Of a stretch of DNA of 35,937 nucleotides, positions 24,039-33,638 are shown one piece after another. Numbering within the stretch: position 1 is the stretch's first letter; each line of letters begins with the position of its first letter. The position numbers were made by a program, and so were the translations under genes. Source of the stretch: a virus (taxonomy: Duplodnaviria; Caudoviricetes); the IMG/VR virus record IMGVR_UViG_3300031965_000094, positions 1-35,937 of that record; one strand, written 5' to 3'. Below the pieces are notes generated by a model, which searched no databases, was not told where the DNA came from, and was given only the letters and a program-made list of their open reading frames with translations.

Positions 24039-25437
24039 AGCCCACGCCGCGATAGAACTTTGGGAGCACTACTCCCGCAAGACCCTAGATTCCGCCCAGC
24101 GTCTCGCCGTGGAGCTGATGATGGCCGAGGGTCCTGACGGTCGCTGGGCTGCGCGGACCACCGGGCGCTGCGAGCCCCGTCAGAACGGCAAGGGTGACGA
24201 GATCGAGGTGGTCGAAGCGTGGGGGTTGATCCAGCGGGGTGAGTGGATACTCCACACCGCCCACGAGATCCCCACCGCCAAGTCCGCCCATCGTCGTCTG
24301 GTCGATTTCTTCCAGGGCCATCGGGACCTTCGACGCCTGATCTCCAAGGTGCGCTACGCCAACGGTGACCAGGCTATCGAGATGACCTCTGAGTCCGACG
24401 GGATTGTCGTTTACCGGACTAGGACCGCTGGCGGTGGCCGTGGACTCGATGACATCTCACGGATAATCGTCGATGAGGCACAGTACGCGCAGTCCGAACA
24501 GCTCGCCTCTTCGATGCCGACACTGGCGGTGAACCCCAACCCTCAGATCAACTTCGCCGGTAGTGCGGGTATCGCTGACCGTTCGGAGTGGTGGTGGTCG
24601 CTCCGGAAACGTGCCTTGCGCTCCGCCGCGGGCGAAGAATCCGGGGAGTTCGCCTACTTGGAGCATTCCGCCGAGCGTGTGGAGTTGAGCCGGGACGGGA
24701 GGGTGATCTCGGAGTCGCCCAACCCCGAGGATCAGGAGTCATGGCCGCTGGCTAACCCTGCCTTTGGTGTCCGTATCGCTGAGGACTTCTTGGTCGAGGA
24801 GTTACGAGCCTTGGGGCCTGAGTTGTTTGCCCGGGAGCATCTCTGCGTCTGGGACCCCTACCTCGGCGACGAGGGCGGGTTCTTGCCCTACGATGCTTGG
24901 TCCGATCTGGTGGTCACAGCCCCCGAAGGCCAGCGGTCGTTGTGCTACGGGTTGTCTGCTTCGGATACTGGAGCGTCGGTGGCCTCGGCGTCTCGTCTCC
25001 CCAACGGAGACCTCTACGTCGACACGGTCAAGTCTGCGCAAGGAACTGACTGGGTGGTCGACTACCTGGTTGACCTTTTCTCTCGCCGCAAGACCCCGAT
25101 CAGGTTGAACCCTGCCGGTCCCGAGGGTGCGTTCATCCGTCCGCTCACCGAGGCCGGAGTCAAGACCGTCGAGGTGTCTGCTCGTCAATACCAGCAAGCC
25201 TGTGGTGAAGTCCTCGATACTGTCAAGAACGGGACCATCCGCCACCTCGGGCAATCCGGGCTGAATCGTGCGGTGAAGTCTGCCCAGCGCCGCGACGTCG
25301 GTAAGGATGGCTCTTGGGTGTGGGTCGAATCCGCCTCTGGTGTCGATCTTTGTCCCTTGAAGGCGGCGACCCTGGCGCTGACCGGTGTCACAGCCAAACG
25401 CCCACCGCGGATTCATACATTGAAGAAGGAGTCCTAA
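23965..25437 (+). CDS. terL: Terminase large subunit
   Basis: AAGGAGG RBS; PRQNGKG Walker A, HTAH, TRT.GGGRG, IIVDEAQ Walker B, ANPA, FAREHL. Confidence 0.92.
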   Translation: MSMNWQQSEPAPALLVHPPAASLDEAHAAIELWEHYSRKTLDSAQRLAVELMMAEGPDGRWAARTTGRCEPRQNGKGDEIEVVEAWGLIQRGEWILHTAHEIPTAKSAHRRLVDFFQGHRDLRRLISKVRYANGDQAIEMTSESDGIVVYRTRTAGGGRGLDDISRIIVDEAQYAQSEQLASSMPTLAVNPNPQINFAGSAGIADRSEWWWSLRKRALRSAAGEESGEFAYLEHSAERVELSRDGRVISESPNPEDQESWPLANPAFGVRIAEDFLVEELRALGPELFAREHLCVWDPYLGDEGGFLPYDAWSDLVVTAPEGQRSLCYGLSASDTGASVASASRLPNGDLYVDTVKSAQGTDWVVDYLVDLFSRRKTPIRLNPAGPEGAFIRPLTEAGVKTVEVSARQYQQACGEVLDTVKNGTIRHLGQSGLNRAVKSAQRRDVGKDGSWVWVESASGVDLCPLKAATLALTGVTAKRPPRIHTLKKES

Positions 25438-26682
25438 GTGGGTTTTTGGTCATGGATTACCGGCGAACCGTCGGGGAACACCAATAGTCCCGGTGACCCC
25501 GAGGGGGTTGTCGTTGACATCGAACCGAAGGAGTATCGGTCTTTGCCGGTTCTCAGTCCGACGCCGTGGGCCGGTTGGCCGTCGGAGTGGGGTGTCCCTA
25601 ATTGGGACATGAGTTCCCGTCTCAACGAACTGGTCGATGTGGCATGGATGTGCTTGGATCGCAACTCCTCGGCGCTCTCTGCGATGCCGGTGTACCGGAC
25701 GCGGGCCGGGGAGATCGTCGAACCGGACGCCTGGATGACCAACCCCGACCCAACGATTTACACCTCGTGGCATGAGTTCGCCAAGCAAATCTTCTGGGAT
25801 TACCAACTAGGTGAGTCCTTCGTCCTGCCGATGGCGTTCTACTCGGACGGTTGGCCGATGCGGTTTCGTGTCATCCCACCGTGGTTGATGCACGTTGAGA
25901 TGCAGAGAGGGGTGCGGGTCTACAAGCTTGGTGGTATCGCCGGCGTGGATGTGACCGCAGACGTCCTCCACATTCGCTACAAGTCTACGACCGACAAGCC
26001 CCGCGGCGTCGGCCCGTTGGAGTCCGCAGGTGGTCGGATGCTCACCGCTGGTGTGTTGGCGAAATACATCCGGGAGACCGCCGAGATTGGCGGACTGATC
26101 GCTCAGACACTGGAAACCGAAATGCAACTCGAACCCGAAGACGCTCTGGAGTTGCAGACCGGTTGGGTCAACTCACGCGCTGCTAATGCCGCTGCTCCGC
26201 CGGTACTCGATAGCGGCGTAAGGCTCAGGGATCATCAGGTGATGTCCCCTAAGGACATGATGATGGTGGAGGTTGCACAGTTCACCGAGGCGCGCATCGC
26301 TGAACTTCTCGGGGTGCCTGCCTTCCTGGTCGGCTTGCCCTCCGGTGACTCGATGACCTACTCTAACGTGTCGTCCCTGTTCGACTACCACGACCGCGCG
26401 TCGCTTCGACCAAAGGCCGCGCACGTCATGTCCGCCCTTTCAGGTTGGGCGCTCCCCCGCGGGCAGGCCGCCGAGCTCAATCGCGACGAATACACGCGGC
26501 CGGCCTTCAACGAACGCGCCGAGGCGCTGGTGGCTCTTGTTGGAGCGAAGATCATGCACCCAGATGAGGCCCGCGCCGCCGAACGTCTTGCTGGTCCTGC
26601 CCCCGAACTTGAACGTCCGGTTATCGCTGAGCCGGTCGATCCGCCATCCACCGTTGCCCTTACAGGAGGTGACTTGTCGTGA
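25438..26682 (+). CDS. Portal protein, HK97 family
   Basis: VLHIR, RGVGPL, IAELLGVPAFLVG, TYSNV and DEAR motifs. Confidence 0.92.
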   Translation: MGFWSWITGEPSGNTNSPGDPEGVVVDIEPKEYRSLPVLSPTPWAGWPSEWGVPNWDMSSRLNELVDVAWMCLDRNSSALSAMPVYRTRAGEIVEPDAWMTNPDPTIYTSWHEFAKQIFWDYQLGESFVLPMAFYSDGWPMRFRVIPPWLMHVEMQRGVRVYKLGGIAGVDVTADVLHIRYKSTTDKPRGVGPLESAGGRMLTAGVLAKYIRETAEIGGLIAQTLETEMQLEPEDALELQTGWVNSRAANAAAPPVLDSGVRLRDHQVMSPKDMMMVEVAQFTEARIAELLGVPAFLVGLPSGDSMTYSNVSSLFDYHDRASLRPKAAHVMSALSGWALPRGQAAELNRDEYTRPAFNERAEALVALVGAKIMHPDEARAAERLAGPAPELERPVIAEPVDPPSTVALTGGDLS

Positions 26683-27260
26683 GTGAAGTACGTCCGCCAA
26701 TCGAGTTCCGTCACGCCCCGGTGGTCGGAGTCAACTTCGCTGAGCGCACCGTCGAGCTGGTCGTAGTGCCCTACGAAGAAGAGGCGCTTATCGAGTATCG
26801 CGGGGAATTGTGGCAGGAGACGTTCCTGCGCGGCGCCTTCGAGGGTATCGAGAGTCGAACCGACCGCATCCCCGCCAACCGGGACCACGACCACACACGA
26901 CTCACCGGAAGAGCCATCGCCCTGCACCCCTCCCGCATCGAGGGCCTGGTCGGTGAGGTCCGTATGGCTGACACCCCTCTCGGAAACGAGACCCTGGAGT
27001 TGGCCAACGACGACATGGTGAGCGGATCGGCCGGGTTCGGCGTCCGCGGCTCCGATCAGATCCTGGACCGCCCGTATCGTCGCATCAAGCGGGCCTTCCT
27101 GGACCATATAGCTTTCGTGGCCGCTCCTGCGTACCAAGGTGCGCGGGTGCTGGCTGTGCGCGACGAGGGAGAGCGGCTCACAGGGGCTGACGCTCCTCGC
27201 CTCGTCACCCCGAACCTCGAAGAGGTTCTTGCCTGGATTAGTTCCAGGCCTACCCGGTAG
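26679..27260 (+). CDS. Prohead protease, HK97 family
   Basis: VPY, ETF.RGAF, DHD, GL, SAGF and PAYQGARV motifs. Confidence 0.9.
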   Translation: MSEVRPPIEFRHAPVVGVNFAERTVELVVVPYEEEALIEYRGELWQETFLRGAFEGIESRTDRIPANRDHDHTRLTGRAIALHPSRIEGLVGEVRMADTPLGNETLELANDDMVSGSAGFGVRGSDQILDRPYRRIKRAFLDHIAFVAAPAYQGARVLAVRDEGERLTGADAPRLVTPNLEEVLAWISSRPTR

Positions 27261-27350
27261 AGCCTCACAGGAGGCGGGTCGCTGGCCGAGCGGGCCATCG
27301 AATCAAATCATCTTTACCGGGTGCCTTTGCGCGCCCAAGGAGGCTCCCTA

Positions 27351-28583
27351 ATGGGAGAAAACAACCATTCAGACGCGATGGTCAATCGCCTGGAGAAGGA
27401 AATCTCAGAGCGTACTTCGTTCATCGAAGGCACCGTCGCCAACGCACAGGACGCCGAGCGTGACCTCAGCTCCAATGAGACTGAGCTGATTACCGAGGCT
27501 CGCAAGCGCATAGAGGTATCCGAACAACAGCTCGAAACCCTCGATGCCGCGCGCGAGTCGTCCCGGCGTGCCCGCAAGCGCACCGATGAGTTGCAGAAGG
27601 CAATGGCCGAGATGCGCTACGAGGTCGACGAGGGCAAGGTCGAGTATCGCTCCGCCGGCGGGTTCCTGCGTGACCAGTACAAGGCAGCGATGGGCGACCG
27701 TGACGCACAACAGCGTCTTGAGTTTGCCACTCGTGCCGCAGCGCACATCAAGACATCCGACGTGGCCGGGATCATCCCTGACCCGATCATCGGTGAGGTC
27801 ATCAACTTCATCGACGCCACCCGGCCCATCGTCTCGGCGGTAGGTACTTCGCCTATCGTGTCGGCCACCTGGCACCGTCCCGTAGTCTCCCAGCACACCG
27901 CAGTCGCCCTCCAGGGCACCGCCGGTGAGGCTGCCGACGAGAAGACGGAGCTGACGTCACAGAAGCTGACCATCACCGACCTCGACGGTTCGGCCAAGAC
28001 ACTCGGCGGTTACGTCAACGTGTCGCGCCAGACCATCGACTTCGGTCCCGGTCTCGACTTCGTGATCGACGACCTCGCCGCGCAGTACGCCATTCTCACT
28101 GAGAACATGGCGGCTGACGCTTTGGAGGCCACAGGAACGGTCGCAGTGGGTTACGGCACCGCCGGTAACGAGACCGCCCTGTCGGTGGCCCAGGCTGTCT
28201 GGGAAGCAGTCGGCATCGTGTACGGGGTGACCAAAGGCCGGGGTCGTCTGATCCTCGCTGTCGCTACCGACACGCTTGGGGTGTTTGGTCCGTTGTTCGC
28301 CCCGGTGAACCCTCAGAACGCACAGTCGACCGGCTTCTCTGCCGCCAACTTCGGTTCCGGGGTCGTGGGCAACATCTCGGGTGTGGACGTGGTGATGTCT
28401 GCCGGTCTGACCGCAGGCGACGCCTACCTGTTCTCGACATCAGCTCTCGAGCTGTTCGAGCAGCGGGTCGGGATGCTCTCTGTCACTGAGCCTTCGGTGC
28501 TCGGCACACAGGTTGCATACGCCGGCTACTTCGATGCGTTGACGATTAACGACGACGCAATCGTCCCGCTGACCGCCTCGTAA
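27351..28583 (+). CDS. Major capsid protein, HK97 fold with N-terminal scaffolding domain
   Basis: AAGGAGG RBS at ATG 27351; helical delta domain; KTLGGYVNVSRQ.ID motif. Confidence 0.9.
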   Translation: MGENNHSDAMVNRLEKEISERTSFIEGTVANAQDAERDLSSNETELITEARKRIEVSEQQLETLDAARESSRRARKRTDELQKAMAEMRYEVDEGKVEYRSAGGFLRDQYKAAMGDRDAQQRLEFATRAAAHIKTSDVAGIIPDPIIGEVINFIDATRPIVSAVGTSPIVSATWHRPVVSQHTAVALQGTAGEAADEKTELTSQKLTITDLDGSAKTLGGYVNVSRQTIDFGPGLDFVIDDLAAQYAILTENMAADALEATGTVAVGYGTAGNETALSVAQAVWEAVGIVYGVTKGRGRLILAVATDTLGVFGPLFAPVNPQNAQSTGFSAANFGSGVVGNISGVDVVMSAGLTAGDAYLFSTSALELFEQRVGMLSVTEPSVLGTQVAYAGYFDALTINDDAIVPLTAS

Positions 28584-28589
28584 GCCACT

Positions 28590-28621
28590 TGAGAGGGGAG
28601 TCTTTCGGGGCTCCCCTCTCA
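28590..28621 (+). terminator. Strong hairpin after the capsid gene (terminator/attenuator)
   Basis: TGAGAGGGGAGTCT-TTCG-GGGCTCCCCTCTCA; no U-tract. Confidence 0.6.
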
Positions 28622-28640
28622 CTACCTAGGAGATAACCAA

Positions 28641-28955
28641 ATGGTTACAACTCTCAACTTGCGCGACCATTTGGGTCGCCTACTTACCAACGCCACCCCG
28701 GGGACGAGCGACGCCACCGACCAACTAGGCCGGGACGTCGTCGCTTCGGACCTGGACTTTGTCGGTCGGGATCTCGTTTCGACCACTTGGGCGGTAGCTA
28801 CCGCCTACGCCGCGGGTGACCACGTCGATCTGAGTGGCGGTGAGGTCCTGGTCGCAACAGTGGCCGGTACGTCTCACGCCGCGACCGAACCAACCGCCCC
28901 GGCCTACGGCGCAACCGTGGTCGACGAGGGTGTCACCTGGCAGCGGGTGTTCTGA
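28641..28955 (+). CDS. Probable head decoration protein with CBM-like W..TAY..GD.V motif
   Basis: TWAVATAYAAGDHV...AGTS...EP...VVDEGVTW. Confidence 0.6.
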   Translation: MVTTLNLRDHLGRLLTNATPGTSDATDQLGRDVVASDLDFVGRDLVSTTWAVATAYAAGDHVDLSGGEVLVATVAGTSHAATEPTAPAYGATVVDEGVTWQRVF

Positions 28956-29191
28956 TGGGCGACTTCGTATTGATGGCGGCTCGACAGAACCTGGTCCACG
29001 CCGAACGGCTCGGTGACACTGAGCGAGCGAAGCGAGTCAAGGCTCGGATCGCCGAACTCGAAGCCGTCCAGTCCGAACCAGAGGAGGCTCCCGTAGTGCT
29101 TCCTGAACCCGAGCCCGAGGCTCCAAAGCCTGCGGCGAAGAAACCCTCACCGGTTGTGTCCGACAAGCCTGCAGCAAAGAAGAAGAGCTGA
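28955..29191 (+). CDS. Hypothetical virion-region protein
   Basis: Coupled ORF with a Pro/Lys-rich tail. Confidence 0.6.
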   Translation: MGDFVLMAARQNLVHAERLGDTERAKRVKARIAELEAVQSEPEEAPVVLPEPEPEAPKPAAKKPSPVVSDKPAAKKKS

Positions 29192-29334
29192 TGGCCGCAG
29201 AATCAATCCAGGACAACTTCAAGGTTGAAGGGCACGGGACGTTCACCCCGCCGCCGTCGCCTTGTGGCAACCCCGAGTGTGGTTACCAGGAGTTGATCCT
29301 GGTCCACGCCGATGAATGTGAGGAGAAGGAATAG
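29191..29334 (+). CDS. 47-aa hypothetical protein
   Basis: TGATG and TAGTG overlaps at its ends; not in the ORF track. Confidence 0.5.
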   Translation: MAAESIQDNFKVEGHGTFTPPPSPCGNPECGYQELILVHADECEEKE

Positions 29335-29726
29335 TGGCTCTGGGATACAACGCGACGCTTCGCAACAATCAGCTAGACGAAATCACGGGGTTGGCCGGGG
29401 CCTCGGCCCTGCTCAAGGTTTTCTCGGGGACTCGTCCGGCGACGGGTGGAGCTGAGACAACCAAGCTGTCCGAGCAGGTATGCAACGCCACCTTTGCAGC
29501 CGCCGCTACTGGCGGAGTGTTGACCTTGAACGCTATCGCCGACGACACCTCGGCTGACGCTACGGGTACCGCTTCGTGGTTCCGTATCGAAAGCTCGGGT
29601 GCTGTCCATGTGATGGACGGCGACGTGGCCGCGTCGGGCGCGGACCTCAACTTCGACAGCGTTAGCTTCGTCGCGGGTGGGACGGTTGCGATCAGCTCTT
29701 TTACCGTGACGGCCGGCAACGCCTGA
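29334..29726 (+). CDS. Virion structural protein (head-fibre associated)
   Basis: RN..LD, SGTRP, ATGTASWFRI and DG.V..SGADL motifs common in head-region proteins. Confidence 0.65.
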   Translation: MALGYNATLRNNQLDEITGLAGASALLKVFSGTRPATGGAETTKLSEQVCNATFAAAATGGVLTLNAIADDTSADATGTASWFRIESSGAVHVMDGDVAASGADLNFDSVSFVAGGTVAISSFTVTAGNA

Positions 29727-29729
29727 TCG

Positions 29730-29999
29730 GTGACCTCCGACCCCGGCGTGGTCATCGTTACCCAGTCGCCGGGGGTCATCCGCTACCGATCCGCTGACAG
29801 AGAGTGGACGGTTCGCGGGTTCTGTGACTACCGCGGGGATTGCATGGTGAGGGCGGTGGTCCACGGACATGTGATTGCTGACGTCGCCGACTATCGGGTG
29901 CTTCGGGAGCTGTTGGGGGACCGGCTGGGCTATCACCTCGACTGTCCTGTAACCCCCGGCTTCTCGGGTTGCTGCGAATTTGTGTTCGAGGAGGATTGA
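29730..29999 (+). CDS. Hypothetical Cys-rich protein
   Basis: GFCDYRGDC...DCPVTP...CC; fills the gap. Confidence 0.55.
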   Translation: MTSDPGVVIVTQSPGVIRYRSADREWTVRGFCDYRGDCMVRAVVHGHVIADVADYRVLRELLGDRLGYHLDCPVTPGFSGCCEFVFEED

Positions 30000-32060
30000 A
30001 TGGCAACCCGGCTTTTCCTCCGCGAAACCACCGACAACACCGCCGGGTACGCGGCGACTGAGCAGTCGACGGCCCTCCCTGTCGGGACTTCCAACCAGTC
30101 GGGGGCTGTCGCCCGAGACCTCAAGACCACCGCGGGGACCAGCGTCACCACTGGAGTCTTGGGCTCGCTGGCGCAGACCGCGCACCAGGACGGCTTCTTC
30201 CGCAAGTGGATCAGTCCCGAACTGGCGGCCACGTCGATCACCGCCCAAACTTGGACGCTCGGCCTGGCTCCCTCCGAAGGCAACAACGCTGGCAACGCGT
30301 TCACTGTCTGTTCGATCTACGTCCTCAAATCCGATGACACGGTGCGAGGGTTCGTCTACGACTCGGACACTCCGCTAGGTGTTGAATGGGGTGTTGCCGC
30401 TCGGGGCCAGGTTCTCACTGTCTCCGGTGCTGCGGTATCGGCGGTGGAGTCCACTGACCGGATCGTCTTCGAGATGTGGTACCACGCCGAACAGGCGATG
30501 GCGGTCTCCTACGGTCACGACTTCTCCTACAACGGCACCACAGAGATCGTCGACGGGGTCAACAACTCCGACCCGGCCGCCTACATTGAAACCCCCCAGG
30601 ACGGGTTGTTCGCCGCGGGGACGTTCACTGGCACCGCGGCCCCCACCCAAGCTGACGACACCTCCTCGGCGAGCGGAACCTTTGAACAGCTAGGGTTCCC
30701 GACCCTGGCCGCGTCGACAGTGTCGCTGGAAACGGTCGACACGACCACCCACGATGTGGACATGACCGGTGCCGCGTCCGGGTTGTTGGCGGTCCTGTTC
30801 ATATCGATTGACGGCGTATCGACCACGCTGTCGAATATTCCCGCAGGGTGGACGCTCGCCGTTGACTCGACAGGCCAGCTCTCCGATTTCAACGGCTACG
30901 TTTACTGGAAGCGGTTGACCGGGGCGGACGCCTCCTTCCAATACACGTCGTCGAATTCTGAAGAGTCGGTCAACCGGGTCTGGTTCATAGACGATTCGAG
31001 CTCGGACCCCGAATTCGCTGCGGTCTGGTCGGACGTGGACTCGACCACAGAAGACCCTCCGTCACTGGACCCGGCAGGGTGGGGAACCGAGAAGACACTG
31101 TGGATAGCCTGGACGATCCGTCAGGGACAGGCTGCGGTCACTGCCTATCCGACCGATTACACCGCCGACCAGGATACGCAACGGTCGTCGGTTAACGCTT
31201 CGGCTGCTGCTGACGGGATCGCATCCCGAAAGCTCGAAGCCGCCTCGGAGAACCCCGGAACGTTCACGTGGGACACGTCGAATACTGGCGTTGGGGTTAC
31301 GGTCGCGGTTCGGCCTACTGCCGACGTCTTCACCGGGTCTGCTGCTCCCACCCAGGAAGACGACGCTCCTACGGCGTCGGGTACGTTCACCAACCCGACA
31401 CTCACCGGGACCGCTGCAACAACCCAAGCCGATGACACCTCCACAGCTTCAGGGACCTTTACACCTCCGGTGTTCACCGGGTCCGCGGCAGTCACCCAAG
31501 CCGATGACACCAGCGCGGCGTCGGGCACCTTCGACGAGGGGACGTTCACCGGGTCTGCGGCACCTACTCAAGCGGACGACACCTCTACCGCAAGCGGAAC
31601 CTTCGTCAACCCGACCCTGACTGGCACCTCCGCCGCGGTCGAAGAAGACGACACCGGGTCAGCGACCGGCACCTTCTCCACCGACGCCATAGTCGGCAAC
31701 GCCGCGGTCACACAGGAAGACGACACGTCGGCTGCGAGCGGCACCTTTGTCCCCGGCCCGGTCACCGGTACTGCCGCTGCGACTCAGGAAGACGACATCG
31801 CGGCTGGCACAGGCTCATTCACTGGCCTCGCCTTCACCGGTTCGGGTGCTGTCACCGCCCAAGACGACACCGGGGCAGGGTCGGGGACGTTCGTAATCCC
31901 CGACGTCACCGGGTCCGCGGCCGCGGTTCAAGAAGACCAGACGCTGGTGGCTGTGGGTACGTTCGCTCCCCTGCCTCCTGTCGCCGCCCTCCGGGTCGAA
32001 GCGGCCGCGGGGTATCGGGTCGGGGTTGAAATCTCCGGGGAAGTGATCGAAGGAGGATGA
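30000..32060 (+). CDS. Repeat-rich virion fibre/adhesin
   Basis: 686 aa; two beta-rich domains and ten approx. 24-aa TG.AA.TQ.DDT..ASGTF repeats. Confidence 0.7.
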   Translation: MATRLFLRETTDNTAGYAATEQSTALPVGTSNQSGAVARDLKTTAGTSVTTGVLGSLAQTAHQDGFFRKWISPELAATSITAQTWTLGLAPSEGNNAGNAFTVCSIYVLKSDDTVRGFVYDSDTPLGVEWGVAARGQVLTVSGAAVSAVESTDRIVFEMWYHAEQAMAVSYGHDFSYNGTTEIVDGVNNSDPAAYIETPQDGLFAAGTFTGTAAPTQADDTSSASGTFEQLGFPTLAASTVSLETVDTTTHDVDMTGAASGLLAVLFISIDGVSTTLSNIPAGWTLAVDSTGQLSDFNGYVYWKRLTGADASFQYTSSNSEESVNRVWFIDDSSSDPEFAAVWSDVDSTTEDPPSLDPAGWGTEKTLWIAWTIRQGQAAVTAYPTDYTADQDTQRSSVNASAAADGIASRKLEAASENPGTFTWDTSNTGVGVTVAVRPTADVFTGSAAPTQEDDAPTASGTFTNPTLTGTAATTQADDTSTASGTFTPPVFTGSAAVTQADDTSAASGTFDEGTFTGSAAPTQADDTSTASGTFVNPTLTGTSAAVEEDDTGSATGTFSTDAIVGNAAVTQEDDTSAASGTFVPGPVTGTAAATQEDDIAAGTGSFTGLAFTGSGAVTAQDDTGAGSGTFVIPDVTGSAAAVQEDQTLVAVGTFAPLPPVAALRVEAAAGYRVGVEISGEVIEGG

Positions 32061-32063
32061 GCT

Positions 32064-32972
32064 TTGCAGATACTTAGAAACACACCCGCCACCCTCGAGC
32101 TCCTGGTCTACCAGGCGGGCACCCTCACCAACCTCGACGCAAACCCCACTATCGCGGTCACCGACGCTAATGGCGATGTCGTGGCCACAGGGGCGGTGTC
32201 CAAGCCGGCGGGGACAACCGGCACCTACTGGTCGACCCTCCCCCCACAAGCTGACCTCAAGACTCTCAGGGTTGACTGGTCGGGCGCGCTCTCTGGCGAC
32301 CCGGTGGAGTTCACCCAACACCACGAGATTGTCGGCAACTTCCTGTTCATCGAAGCCGCAGCCCGCAGCTACACCGTCACCGGCCAGCAAACCCCGCTTT
32401 CGAGCGAGACCAACTATCCGGACGCGGCGATCGCGCGGATACGGGAGCTTATTACCGGCCAGTTCGAGGAAAAGACGGGTCGGTCGTGGGTGTCGCGTCA
32501 TTGTCGGGTGGAGCTTCACGGCACCGGGACACGCTGGCTGAGCCTCCGAGACGGCCACCCCCGCGACGCTGATGGGAGAATGAGTGGAGGGCCGGGACGC
32601 CACTACGACGTGCAGCGGCTTATCTCCGTGACCGTTGACGCTGTCGCCGCGGATGTAGGTGACTACACCCTTCACGGCCGGAAAGTGGTCGGTCCTACTA
32701 CCTGGCCGCGAGCCTCCTACGACTCCCTGTTCAATGTGGTCATTGAGTACGAGTACGGGGTGACCCCGGTCAATCTCGAGGCCGAGGAGAACGGGTTGAG
32801 GATGGCGGTAGCGAACCTTGTCCCGTCGGACCTCTCGGCGTACGCGATGACCGCAGCCGCCGCGGGTGAGTCCGTGTCCTTCCCTCAGCAGTCTGGTGGC
32901 CTGGTGTGGCCTCCGAAGGTGTGGGAGTGGCTCAAGGCCAACCCCGCCCCGCGGATTCCCTCGGTGGCGTAA
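32064..32972 (+). CDS. Head-to-tail adaptor with N-terminal Ig-like domain
   Basis: AAGGAGG RBS; FEEKTGRSW, HGTG..LSL and NVVIEYEYG patterns; position. Confidence 0.7.
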   Translation: MQILRNTPATLELLVYQAGTLTNLDANPTIAVTDANGDVVATGAVSKPAGTTGTYWSTLPPQADLKTLRVDWSGALSGDPVEFTQHHEIVGNFLFIEAAARSYTVTGQQTPLSSETNYPDAAIARIRELITGQFEEKTGRSWVSRHCRVELHGTGTRWLSLRDGHPRDADGRMSGGPGRHYDVQRLISVTVDAVAADVGDYTLHGRKVVGPTTWPRASYDSLFNVVIEYEYGVTPVNLEAEENGLRMAVANLVPSDLSAYAMTAAAAGESVSFPQQSGGLVWPPKVWEWLKANPAPRIPSVA

Positions 32973-33464
32973 GTGGCAACCGATTGGACCGCCTTTGATT
33001 TCAAGAACTCGCTGGTCACCAAAGCCAACGCGGCAATCGCCGCGGCCAACCCGGCCTACAGCCCGGTGCCCAAAGTCGTCTCCTACTTCCCCTCACCGGA
33101 CGAGGACAACGGCGACTCAGTAGCAATCGGCTGGCAGATGACCGACGACACCGAACGCATCGCCTTGGGTGAACAGCAGCGCCAGGACGAGTTCGTCATC
33201 GTGAGTTGCCGGGTCAACGTCACCCGCCCCGGAGCCGGCGCTGCGACCGCCAAACAAGCCGAGGACCGCGCCGCTGAGCTGATGGGCGAAGTGGACAACG
33301 TGATCCGCACCGACCCGCCAGCCGTGGGCGATCAGACCTTCAACTCGAAGGTGACCAACCGCAACTCGGTCTCGATGGCCTGGTTCGTCGGTGAAGGCGT
33401 CCCCGCGCGCAGGTGTGTGATCGAGTTCGACATCGAATACCACGCGCGGACCTCGAAGAACTAG
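32973..33464 (+). CDS. Tail terminator / head-tail joining protein
   Basis: Position, size, and V..VIRTDP pattern. Confidence 0.6.
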   Translation: MATDWTAFDFKNSLVTKANAAIAAANPAYSPVPKVVSYFPSPDEDNGDSVAIGWQMTDDTERIALGEQQRQDEFVIVSCRVNVTRPGAGAATAKQAEDRAAELMGEVDNVIRTDPPAVGDQTFNSKVTNRNSVSMAWFVGEGVPARRCVIEFDIEYHARTSKN

Positions 33465-33474
33465 GAGCCACCAA

Positions 33475-33636
33475 ATGAAGATCCGTTTCCTGGGACCTGC
33501 CCCTGAAGTTCAGATCGCCGCTACCGGCCAGTCGGTAAAGCGGGGCGAGACCGTTGATGTCGAGGCCAGCGTCGCCCGTGAACTGGTCAAGCAATCAACT
33601 TGGAAGAAGATAGTCACTAAGAAGAAGGAGCCCTAA
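33475..33636 (+). CDS. 53-aa virion-region protein (MKIRFLGP...RGETVDV)
   Basis: AGGAG RBS; type of small gene often found before the tail tube; not in the ORF track. Confidence 0.6.
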   Translation: MKIRFLGPAPEVQIAATGQSVKRGETVDVEASVARELVKQSTWKKIVTKKKEP

Positions 33637-33638
33637 AC

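Noticed and set aside
27258-27350. Protease TAG in frame with the capsid gene (readthrough fusion, or genome-wide amber recoding)
   Set aside because: The capsid gene has its own strong RBS, and other TAGs (3079, 12387, 29334) behave as normal stops with coupled starts.
31320-31970. Tandem repeats as CRISPR array or DGR repeats
   Set aside because: They are degenerate in-frame protein repeats, and no reverse transcriptase is present.
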